Assembly (NCBI RefSeq): GCF_006345805.1
Contig: NC_042998.1
Coordinates: 163,866,001 to 163,930,000, forward strand
Direction: 5' to 3'
DNA length: 64,000 nucleotides
From: Octopus sinensis
Taxonomy: Eukaryota
Both the position numbers and the translations under genes were made by a program. This document shows, piece by piece, positions 38,053-51,418 of the stretch. The notes under the pieces were generated by a model. It was not told the DNA's origin and did no database searches. It was given only the letters and a program-made list of their open reading frames with translations. Each line of letters starts with the position of its first letter. The first letter of the stretch is position 1.

Positions 38053-41000
38053 ATGTGTATGTATGTATGTGTGTGTGTGTGTGATTGGTGGATCGGAGAA
38101 ATCCTAGAGCATTGGAGAAAACCATCATTATCATCATCATCATCATCATCATCATTGTTTTAGTGCCCACTTTTCAATACTGGCATGGGTCAGATGGAGT
38201 TTTGCTGAGACAGATTTTTCTATGGCCTGATGCTCTTCTTGCCAATTCTTACCTGTTTTCAAGCAAGGTAATATTTCCCATTTTCCCATGGTCAAACATA
38301 TTTTCAAACAATATTACGAATGTATAACAGTCATTATAACAATCATGCTATGTCGAGACAAGGATTCACAAACATACACACACATACATGATGATGATGG
38401 TAATGATGATAATAAAGATGATATTGGTGGCGATGGGTGATCTTCATGTCTGAAGATTATGAAGAAGATAGGCCAGCCTTTAGGTGGCTATGTAAATCAA
38501 AGTAGCAGGATTGACATAAACTCACATTTCTAAACCATTCACTTTTGATGATAGGCCTTTGCACCAAGGTGCTCAACTTCACTTTTCACATTGTTAGAAG
38601 CTCTTCTTCTTCATTATTTGTTATTTTATTGTTACAATGTTTCAAGCAAACTACAATGTTCTACTCTATGTGTAAAATTATCTATCGAAAATAATCTGTT
38701 TTCAGATCCTAATATGCAACGGAACTTACAACACGTCTATCCTGAATTGAACAATATTCCAGTTTATATAATTCAAACATATGATATATTCTATCCTCCA
38801 CTTGAAATTTCCTGGACTGATTTTGATGATATTTTGGCTAAATCTTCTGATGCTCAAATTGACCCTGCAATAGCTAATTCAATTGGTTCTTTAAAATGTG
38901 CCATGTATATTTACACTTCTGGAACAACAGGTAAATAATAATTACTTATGTTTTTTGATGTATGTATGTTTGAAAGTATCAAACTTTGCTGTTTGCATCG
39001 TCCATATTTGTAAATGCTGGTGAAGACATGTGATCATGTGGTTAGAGTGTTGCATTCTTGATTATAAGATTTTGATTTCAATTTCTGGACCAGGACTGAG
39101 TTATGTTTTTGAGCAAGACATCTCATTTCACATTACTCCATTCCACTCCACTGTAAATGAGTTACTCTGCAATAGACTAACATTCTCTTCAGTGGGAATG
39201 TGGTGTTCTCAGTCTCTTACATGCCATAGGCCTGCTTGCAAACCCAGGTGGGTGGCATCATTTAAAAGCTATAACTATATGAAGAAGAACATTGTAACCA
39301 GCAGCAAATCACAACATCTCATTGTCTGTAAATGCTGTTTAGATCAGGTAGATTATTTTTTAAATTTTTTATTTTTTATTTTTTATATTTTTTTATATTT
39401 TTTATTTTTCATTTCTGTATGAAGCATTTAGATATGTAAATAAACAGATCAATATACAGACGGATAGGTATATAGACTATATGAACAGACACATATGGAG
39501 ACACGGATCCACACATATAAAGATGCACATCCATACACACAAACATGGTACATAGTTAAACCACACACACACACAGACATGCACACACAAGGAGACAGAG
39601 GTGCATACGTATACAAACACATGCTCACACACACATACATAGAAAATACACAAACACGGACAGGCAAGCACATAAATATGTAGGATACATACATACAGAT
39701 GCACACACATACATACATATGCATACGCATACATATATACATACATACACATGCAAACACACACATACATACGTACATGCATGCATGTATAGGCACACAC
39801 ACATACTGACCCACTGATCCACACACATGCGCACAAACAAACAAAAGGGAACGCAGTGTAAATAACAGACAGAGTCAAGACTATTGAAACGGTTGCAACA
39901 TGCAACAAAAATTTTAGAAAATAGATATAAGAAATAAGTGGAAATTTTACCTGTGAGTGTGTTAAATAATAAGGAAGAGAATGACTCTCACCAGACACAA
40001 CAGAATATGCTTCAACACACGAACTCATATAAAGAATCTTGCAAATCAAATCCAAAAACGAAATATATATATTACAGTTATGTTGAAATAGGTGATACAG
40101 GAGAGTGCTGCATTGACAACAAAATATTTGTGGAGTAAATTATAAAGCTTTGCAAAAATGACAATTTGAGTTTGGCACACCAAGTTGGACAGAATTATCA
40201 TTTTTATAAGAATGGGATGGATCATATCTGAAAGCAGCTCCAGGATTTTTGATGAATGAATTTGTATGTGGTCTATTTCTGAGAGCTATTTTATTGGATC
40301 TCTGTGTAATTTGGCATGCTAAATGTTGTTTTAATGATTCAGCATTAAGTGCTGCAGCATGCCTCTGCTGATCTTGGGAAAGTCTTATCTCCCTTCTCTC
40401 TTGAGATTCCATCTGATGTGCTGCAGCATGCTTTGGCTGATCTTGAGAAAGTCTCATCTCCCTTCTGTCTTGAGACTTTCGCCTTCGGTTTCCTGCAGTC
40501 CTCCTTGCTTTGTAGGTGTTTGTGGAGAGATTACGTCTCCTCTTTAGTGGCATATTTTTTTCAATATTGTAAGCAAAAAATTATGGACATAGAAAACAAT
40601 ATGTAGTCTGATCAATAAGTATCCGGACTGTTGCTATTGTAATAAAGCTAAAGCACACAGAATAAAGCTCTTTGGCACAGATTGACCTTAAACTCTGCTG
40701 TGCAAGCATACTAAGTTTTAACATTCTAGCTCTCTTCCACTGTTTACAGCAGTGCTTGGAAGAAAAGTGTGTAGCATTTGATCATCGCATTGACTAAGAC
40801 AGAAAATTGAGCAGAGAATCTGCATCAAATTTGTCAAAAATTTGGTGATACTTGCTCAGAGGCCTACACAAAGTTTTCAAAAGGCCTTCTTTGTTCTTGA
40901 CACAATCAAGGAGATCCTGTGCAACTGAAATACGAGTGTCTTTTGGGTCAGCTGAAAGCAGTTGTGGCACAAACTTGGCAGACTTGAATTTCATACCCAA

Positions 41001-42942
41001 ATCTTCAGTGAAAATAGACTGAACTGAACTGTAACTAATCTGCACATCCTCTGATAACTCACGGATGGTGATCTGATGATTTCCCTTCACAGATGCATGC
41101 ACATCTGTGATCTTTCTTTGTTCTACTGGTTGCAGGTCTCCCAGAATGTTTAACAACATCGAGACTTTTTCAGCCATCTTGAAAACGTCTGACTCACTCA
41201 TACACTTGTGTGCGACTCATACACTCCTCTCCATACACTTTCTGCAACTTTGCATAGGCCCCTGAGTAGGTATCACCATAACAACTTTCTCTGTGATGGT
41301 CGATGCAACAATCAGACACTACACAACTTTCTTCCAAGCACTGCTGTAAACAGCAGAAGTGAGCTATAATGTTGAAATTTAGTGCGCACGCACGCACAGC
41401 AGAGACCAAGGTCAATTTGTGCCCAGTAGCTTCACTCTGCATGCTTTAGCTTCGTTACTATGGCAACAGTCCGGATACTTATTGATCAAACTTCATACAT
41501 TAATCTATTTTTGTAAGCAGTTGTATGTATGCAGTATGCCTGTATTTTTGTATGCTGTGTAAATTAACCAAATATAAGCAAATTGCAAATACTTTACAAC
41601 CTTGCAACTGCTGTGATAAATTATGAACTGGTAATTGAACAGTAGATGTATATTTTTATATACTTTGGATCTACCATCTCACTTTTTTTTGTCAAGAATT
41701 TCAGCACCAGCTATTCTCATCACATATGTATATGTATGTGTAGATGTCTGTATGTGTTTAATAACGTATATAGCAAATGTGCACAGACTCTCACAGACAT
41801 TCATATACAAAATATGATGATACACACATATACACTCTCACATACAATCACATATATATAGTAACAGAGACACACATGGACATACATCCACACATGGACA
41901 TACATCCACACATGTCAGTCATCACATATATACATGTATGTGTAGATGTGTGCATATTTAATAATGTACCTAACATACAGACACACTCACCGACACACAC
42001 ACATACACACACACTCATACACCTACACACATACTCTCACAGATACATACACAAAATGTGACATCATTGTCGTTGTGGTATAAACTGTCCTTTACTATCA
42101 CATATGTAACAAACATGCAAACACACACACACAGACACATACACACTCATATAAAATGTCCTGTACTATAGTTGACTATATAAAGATAATGTGTATGAAA
42201 TGTTATATTGTTTTAATCGAAATGCAAAGAAAAAAATAAAATGTTGACAGTCGTAGGGTGTAATACTATCTAGTAAGAGAGACACACACCAACATACTTT
42301 CATGTGTCAGTTGTCACATATGTATATGTATGTGTGTGTGTGTCTGTGTGTGTGTAGAATAATGTACCTGACATGGAAACACACACATACACACTCATAC
42401 GCTCACAGACACATAGGCACTCATACAAAATGTGATGCTGTCCTGAACACAGAAACACACACACATTCACAGATACATACACACACATACACTCACACAC
42501 ATGCACTGACAGACACATACACACTCATATACAAAATGTGTTGTTATCGTTCTCATGGTATAAAATATCCTATACTATATTTGACTATTGAAAGATTATC
42601 TCTATAAAATGTTATGTTGTTTTAATTGAAATAAAATAAAAGTACATGTTGACACTCTTGGGGTGTGATACTATATTACCTTGTAAAATTTGATTTGATT
42701 TGGTGGAGATGTTTGAGAATGTATTGGGAATAGACAGAGAGACAAAGAATATTATATATATAATGTACACACACACACAGACACACACACACACATAAAT
42801 AGATAGGTAGGTAGGTAGGTAAATAGATAGATAGATAGTTTGATAGTTAAATACAGAAAGATAGATATAGATAGATAAATAGAGAGATAGTTTGATATTT
42901 TGATAGTTAATTACAGATAGATAGATAGATAGATTGATAGGC

Positions 42943-42978
<36 letters not shown>

Positions 42979-43252
42979 TGATAGGCAGATATAGATATAG
43001 ATATAGATAGATAGATAGATAGATTGATAGGCAGATATAGATAGATTGATAGGCAGATATAGATAGATAGATTGATAGATTGATAGGCAGATATAGATAG
43101 ATAGATAGATTGATAGGCAGATATAGATATAGATAGATTGATAGGCAGATATAGATATAGATAGATAGATAGATAGATAGATTGATAGGCAGATAGATAG
43201 ATAGATAGATTGATAGGCAGATAGATAGATAGATTGATTGGCAGATATAGAT

Positions 43253-43296
<44 letters not shown>

Positions 43297-44158
43297 GCAG
43301 ATATAGATAGATAGATAGATAGATAGGCAGATATAGATAGATAGATAGATAGATAGATAGGCAGAGATAGATTGATAGGCAGATATAGATAGATAGATAG
43401 ATTGATAGGCAGATATAGATATTGATAGATATAGATAGATTTTAGATAAATATAGATATAGATAGATTGGTTGATAAATATAGACAGATAGATAGATAGA
43501 CAGATAGATATAGATAAATTGATAGATAGATAGATATAGAAAGCTAGCTAGCTAGATAGATAGATAAAGAGATGATCACTTGTTCCTTATCTCTTCCCAT
43601 ATATTTGCTCATTGTCTCATTTAAAGGACTGCCCAAGCCATGTATTCTTACACATGTGAAATGTCGCATGATTTGTGTATTAGCTGGCTTACTACAGATA
43701 ACTCATCATGATATCATCTATAACACGCTGCCCTTCTACCACACATCTGGTCTTCTTCTTGGAATGTTTTTAAATATTTATGCTGGTAAGTAAATCAATC
43801 ACTAGACTCCAGAGTCTATGATTTCTTTTCATATGACATATCATCATCATCATCATTCTCATCATCATCATTGTTTTAATGTCCTCTTTTCCATGCTTGC
43901 ATCGTCAGATGGAACTTGATGAGATGGATTTTTCTATGGCCGGATGCTCTTCCTGTTATGAACACTCACCTGTTTCCGAGAAAGGTAGTATTCCCCCTCC
44001 CCACTCATGATCAGACATGTTTTCATGGAAGGTTAGATATGAAGGACACTGCTTGCATGATGGTGAAACTCATTTACAATCATCACATGATGTCAATGCA
44101 AGGAGACAATAACATATGCATGCATGAACACACATGCACATACACACACACACACACA

Positions 44159-44199
<41 letters not shown>

Positions 44200-46203
44200 T
44201 CACGCATACTACAGATTTCTTTTTAGTTTCTGTGAACCAAATTTATGCATACAAGATTTTGGTTAGCCCAGGGCTATAGAAGACACTTGCCCAGGTGCCA
44301 CGCAGTGGGACTGAACCTGAAGTCATGTGGTTGGGAAGTAAAATTTTATACCATACAGTTATGTCTGCATCTGTAATAATAATCAAAATATCCATGTCTG
44401 TGCATATATATATATATATATATATCGGTGCAGAAATGGCTGTGTGGTAAGGTAGCTTGCTTACTAGCCACATGGTTCCTGGTTCAGTTCCAAGTGTCTT
44501 CTACTATAGCCTTGGGCTGACCAAAGCCTTGTGAGTGGATTTCGTAGATGGAAACTGAAAGAAGCTTGTCATTATATGTATATGTGTATCTGTGTTTGTC
44601 CCCACCACCATCACTTGACAACCAATGTTGGTCTGTTTATGTCCCTGTAACTTAGCAGTTCAGCAAAAGAGACTGATAGAATAAGTACTAGGCTTACAAA
44701 AAAATAAATCCTGGGGTTGATTTGTTCGACTAAAGGCAGTGCTCCAGCATAGCCACTGTCAAATGACTGAAACAAATAAAAGAATACACACACACACACA
44801 CACATATTTGGCTTCTTAAATGAGCAATCACTGAGCTTTTTCCTGTTTTTTTTTTTTTAATGTGGACAATGCTCACTGCTGCAGCATTATATCTTTTTGA
44901 GTATCAGAACTTTGTTGATATTTTGTTTCTTTTTCACAAAAAATAACAAAATGTTTTAAAAAATTCATGATAAACTAAAAACTAATATATGTGTGTGTGT
45001 GTGTGGTGTGTGTGTGTGTGTGTGTGAGTGTGTTAATTTAAATGCAATGAGGTATGTGTTTAAATCATAAATATAATTAGTTTAGTTAAATGGAAGGATG
45101 CCCTGGAGATCCAGCCACCAACCAGCATCCAAACTACACAAGTGCATTGGTGCTGGGTGATCAGTCTCAATGGGAGACAAAATCCAAATTAGGCAAAGAC
45201 AGCCTGTCCTAGATCCTGTGAAACTCTAGATGAGAAAGCACAAGAGGTCCACAACCATCAAGCCTGAGACTGATTGTAAAAAGTCAATGAGAACTTGGTT
45301 GAAGAGGAAAGTACGCAACATAACAACTAAGTCTGCTTTACCTTTCATCTTCTTGCGGGTGAATGAAATATGCACCAGTCACGCACTGGGGTTGATGTAA
45401 TTGACAAGTCCCCTCCCTTAAAATTTCAGGCTTTGTTCCTATAATGGCAAGCTGGCAGAAACGTTAGCATGCACGGGCGAAATGCTTAGTGGTATTTCGT
45501 CTGCCATTAGGTTCTGAGTTCAAATTCCTCCGAGGTCGACTTTGCCTTTTTCCTTTTGGGGTTGATAAATTAAGTACCAGTTATGCACTGGGATAGATCT
45601 AATCGACTTAATCCCTTTGTCTGTCCTTGTTTGTCTCCTCTATGTTTAGCCCCCTGTGGGCAATAAAGAAATAAGTTAAGGTGGCAAGCTGGCAGATTAA
45701 TTACCACGCCATGCCCATCTTCATGTCTTGAGTTCAAATTCTGCCAAGTCAACTTTGCTTTTCATCTTCTTGGGGGGGGTCAATGAAATAAGTACTAGCT
45801 GAGCACTGGGGGTCTATGTAATTGGTTATTCCCCTTACCCCAAATTTCAGCCCGTTTGTCTATAGTAGACAGAATTATTACTACTATTACTAACATTAAA
45901 TTTTTCTTACTACTACTACTACTACTACTACTACTATATCCTCCTCGTCGTTGTCATTGTCATCATCATCATTATCATCAGTATCATCATCATTGTCATC
46001 ACCATCAGTATCATCCCCGTCGTCATCATCGTCATCGTTAGTGTCATCATCGTTGTAGTCATTGTCGTCGTCCTCCTCCTCTTCATTGTCATCTCCATTA
46101 GCATCATCATGGCCATGGTCATTGTCGTTATTACAATGTGTTGGTTACTACTGCTAAGGCTGCTGCTGCTACAACAACAACAACAACAATAACCACCACC
46201 ACC

Positions 46204-46236
<33 letters not shown>

Positions 46237-47281
46237 TTTTATATCTTCACAGGTACAACCACTGTAGTGAAAAGAAAATTCTCTGCATCTACATTCTGGG
46301 ATGATATTGAGAAGTACAATGCCACTGTTGTACTTTATATTGGTGAATTATGTCGTTTTGTATTGGCTCAGCACAACGTAAGATGTCAGAAGTGTTTCAC
46401 TATTGAATATTTGTTCAACTGTTTTGTCATCAAATTTCTATAGAAATACACTGCCTTTGTTTTAATTAATTTTAAAAATGTTTAAGTTCATAAAGTAACT
46501 TTGTCGTTATTAAGTTCATATAAGATGGTGAGCTGGCAGAATTGTTGGCATGTTGGGCAAAATGCTTAGTGGTATTTTGTCCATCTTTACATTCTGGGTT
46601 CAAATTCCGCTGACGTCATGTTTCCCTTTCATCCTTACAGGATCAGTAAAGTAAATACCAGTTGAGTACTGGAGTCGATGTAATTGACTTATCCCCGCCA
46701 TTGAACTTGCTTGTACCAAAATATGAAATCATAATTAAGTTCATATTTGGTACACAAATTAATACAAAAATTAAATGGGAGACAATTGCAGCATGGAAGG
46801 TGTTTATAAGCCATTTAAGAAACACACAAAAACCATTAGTTTCACTTCAACATTTAAATTTTTAATTTGCCAAAATATCTTCGTTGCTTTGAGACCGTGA
46901 CCTGTTCACTGATAAAATTCCATGCTGCAATTGTTTACGTTTCAGCACACAATCTCAAATGAGGTCGTTTGCTATGCAAGTACATCTCCGTAAATGGAAG
47001 ATTTTAAACTTAAATCAGTTTAAAACAGAAAGATTTTGGTCATAGAACTAAGAACAATTTCAAATGGGTTGGTATTGGTAGGGTCAAGTAATACTTTTAA
47101 TACAAGTTACAAGTAAAAAAAAAACCTGCATTGCAGAACAAACTTAAGTTCACAAATCTTGAGTCAATGTCTGAGTAAATTATGCAGCACTTTGAGCAAG
47201 TGACTCCTGCAATAGCCTCAGGCTGGTCAATGGCTTGTGATTGAATTTGGTAAAATGGAAACTGAATGGAAGTCCTTATAT

Positions 47282-47336
<55 letters not shown>

Positions 47337-47417
47337 ATGTATATATGTATGTATATATATATATATGTATATATAAAGGGAAGGTTTACGAAAATAAACA
47401 AAAGATGAAGGCAGGTG

Positions 47418-47468
<51 letters not shown>

Positions 47469-49631
47469 AGTATGTATGTATATAGGTATGTATGTATATA
47501 GGTATCATCATCATTATTGTTTTAACAACCAATTTTCCATGATTACCTTAGTTGGATGGTGTTTATTAATGCAGATTTTCTACAGCTGGATACTCTTCAT
47601 GTTGCTAACCTTCACCTGTTTCCAAGCAAGGTAACGTTTCCCCATGGCCAGACATGTTTCTGCAAGATATCAGAAATAAATGAATGACACTGCTTGCTTG
47701 ACAGAGATGTTCATTTATAACGGCAAAAGAGACACAACTGCACACACACCCACAATGATTTACTTCTTTCAATTTCCATCTAGTAAATCCATTTGCAAGA
47801 CTTTGGTTTGGCAGGAGCTATATTAGAAGACACATACTCAAAGCGTTATGCAATGGGCGAGTGTCCCCAAAACCATGTTTCTCGTAACCAAATTTCTCCA
47901 CTATACAGTTATGCCTGTATGTATATATTTATGTATGTATGTGAAGGTGCATGGCTCAGTGGTTAGAGTGTCGAGTTCACAATCATGAGGTAGTGAGTTC
48001 AATTCCTGTACCGGGATGTGTGTTGTGTTCTTGAGCAAGACACTTTATTTCACGTTGCTCCAGTTCACTCAGCTGCAGAAATGAGTTGTGATGTCACAGG
48101 TGCAAAGGTGTATCGGCCCCTTTGCCTTTTCCTTGGATAACACTGGTGGCGTGGAGAGGGGAGGCCGGTGTGCATGGGTGACTGCTGGTCTTCTATAAAC
48201 AACCTTGCCTGGACTTGTGCCTGAGAGGGTAACTTTCTAGGTGCAATCCCATGGTCTGTGTCATGACTGAAGGGGGTCTCAGATGTATGTATGTATGTAT
48301 GTATGCATATATATATATATTATCTGTGTATATGAGTGTGTGTGTGCACGCGCATGTGTGTGTCTATGTAAACATTTACATTCTGTACAAAGATGAGCTG
48401 TGGATGGAGTTAGTTGACATTTCTCTGCTAAAATTCTGTCCAGTAGCTTTATGCCTTCGAAGACATGTGGAATGAAAACTCTCTCAATCAAAAAATGGGC
48501 AAGTGTAAGCAACAGGAAGGGTATCAAACTGTAAAGCAATGCCTCATTAATATGCATTTTGTCTAACCAATGCTAGCATGTAGAAGGATAATGAATGAAC
48601 TAATGAACAAACAGGCTGATCACATATTATATATTTCTGTTTCTTAAAATGAAAACATTTTCTGAATTTCAGAAGAATAAGAAGATATCTCATAAGGTGA
48701 GATTGATGTATGGAAATGGTCTTGGTATAGATATTTGGGAAACGTTCCAGAAAACATTCCGTATTCCTAACATTTATGAATTATATGGTGCTACTGAAGG
48801 AAATTGTTTTCTGATAAATTTTCAAAACAGATGTGGTGCAGTTGGTCGCTTGAGTCCATTACTTGTAAGTCAATACCATTATAGACTTTCTGTCTCTCTT
48901 TCTTATTTCACATTGTGTCTTTTAACCTTTAGCACACTGTAGGTGCATCAGGTCACCATATGAGTTTTCTTCCTTGTAGTGACAGGGCAGTGACAAGGGA
49001 AACAATTCTAGAGAAAATACTGTGTGGCAAAGGTTAAATTAATCAATTTATCTATTTATTTCAATGGTTCTCAACTGGGCTCCATATAAGAATTTTGTGG
49101 GTCCATGCAATTGGAGATCACATCTGTATTTTAGATGTTCACAAATAAATTTTGCTTTCAATTTATCTATTGCAAGAAACAGCTAGGTTTCTTTCTCTAA
49201 TGTTTTACATAATTCAACATGTTTCTGGCAACTGAAATATGTTCTCTCAGAGAGTACTATTGCAAACCTATACAAATAAATGGATGAAAAATAAAAGAGG
49301 AATTTTGAAAAAAAGTTTCTTTAAAACTAGTTTTTAAACATCAAATGGCTATGGGGGTCCACTAGAGTAAAATAACAATCAAAGGGGTCCATAGGCTCAA
49401 AAATAGTTGAGAACCCCTGATTTATTTTGATATATGTGTTTGTGCATTGTTTTAGAGTTTCATTTTTAATGTATTGTTTTTCTTGATTCATTATTACTAG
49501 GTCTTTACCTGTTGCTATGCTGCTGGTAAAATTATTTGTTAATCATGCACATACCTTCTTTTAATAGGAGACTGTTATATAGTGAAAGTCTTGTTAGTTA
49601 CTATGGTGACAACAGTCTATCTATCTATCTA

Positions 49632-49705
<74 letters not shown>

Positions 49706-49756
49706 CTGTCTGTCCGTCCGTCCGTCCGTCCGTCTGTCTGTATGTATGTCTGTATA

Positions 49757-49813
<57 letters not shown>

Positions 49814-51337
49814 TATCTATCTATCTATTATCTATCTATCTATCAATCACAAGCACACACATATTTTGATATTTGTATTTGTGCTTTATTTCAGTATTTT
49901 ATTTTTAGCATGTTGTTTTTCTTGATTTATTATTGTTATTCATAAGCAATTTCAGTACAATGTCAACCTACACTGCAGAGACCCAATTTTACAAATAATC
50001 TCATATTTTCTTGAATAATCTCATATTTTCTTGTGGGCCTAAAGAGCATTCTCTAACTAGGATTCACATTCAGCTTTTCTCCTGTTCTAAACATAGGCAC
50101 AAGCATTGTTATGTGGCTAATTGTTATCTTGTTTCTATTTCCTGTAGAACAGGTTGAACCCTGCGAAAATGTTCCTGGTTAAGTATGACCTTGATGCTTG
50201 TCAGCCTTTGAGAAATTCTGAAGGTCGATGCATCCCAGTAGAAATAGGTAAATATCACAAATACTGTTTTTTAAATTAAAGAACAGGGGTGGAATGTCGA
50301 GTATTACCACCTGGCAGTGGGGGCTAGGGGCTTTATTGAAAAAAAAATGACAATGCTATTCAAAAAAAGATTTGTTTTTTCTAGCACAGAGCTGAGAAAA
50401 CTAATAAGGAGAGTACAGGAGGCGATTGAAAAAGCCAGCTTCTATATATAGCTGAAGCGGGAAGACCAAAAATGTTATGACTTTCAGTCATAACATGCTG
50501 GCAGGAAAATAACATCACTAGGTGAGACAATCTGACACTGAATTAGCTTCGCTGATTGACAGATGATGGTATCGTTTAGAGAATGCATGGGCTGAGACTA
50601 CGCACCTTCATTGGTCAGTTAAAGTTGTGACAGTGTCATGTGACAACTTGCTGGGGCTGTCTGCTGGAGCCTAGCAGCAGGTATTTAAAGGAAAAAAATT
50701 GACAAGACAGTCAGTCGCCTATATATATAAAGAAATAATTGAGATTCCATTGAATCAGGTACTTAAGTTGAAGCATCAAGTCAGTGCGGTGTTATCCATT
50801 CAACTCAAAGTAAGGTGAATAAAATCAAAATGAGCAACAGGATATCAAGAGGTGATGCAGTATGACTGTTTCAAGCGGCTCCATTAAATTGAATAATGTA
50901 ATCATTACATCAATTTAAATGCAGGGATATCCTCAGCTGCATAAATAAATAGAATTTTTAATCAGTTGGATACATTAATATAATTTTACACAAATTCTCT
51001 AATAAAGCAAGAAGAGGGAAAGAGTCCATGTTGCTACTAATGTAGCTCAAAATCTACTACACTTCTAAGAACTGTATGAAGTTTGTTAGGGTCATAGCTT
51101 GTAAAGGATTGTGGTTCATTTTTAATTTATTAGTCTCTTTTTTTTTTATCAACTACCAAATCTAAGGCTAGAGGACACTGTATGTTTAGAATGGATAGAT
51201 TGAGTGAGTTGACAGTTTATAGTTGGGTATGGTCATAAATATTGTCAAAATTTTAGGATTTGTATAAGTAACTGTCTATAAAGGAGGCTGGGTAGGGGAA
51301 GACCCCAAATCAAGATGTTAATTATATATATCTGAAG

Positions 51338-51418
<81 letters not shown>

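Noticed and set aside
50148-50152. Alternative acceptor AACAG at 50152 for exon 7
   Set aside because: It shifts the frame relative to phase-0 exon 6; the AG at 50146-50147 keeps the frame
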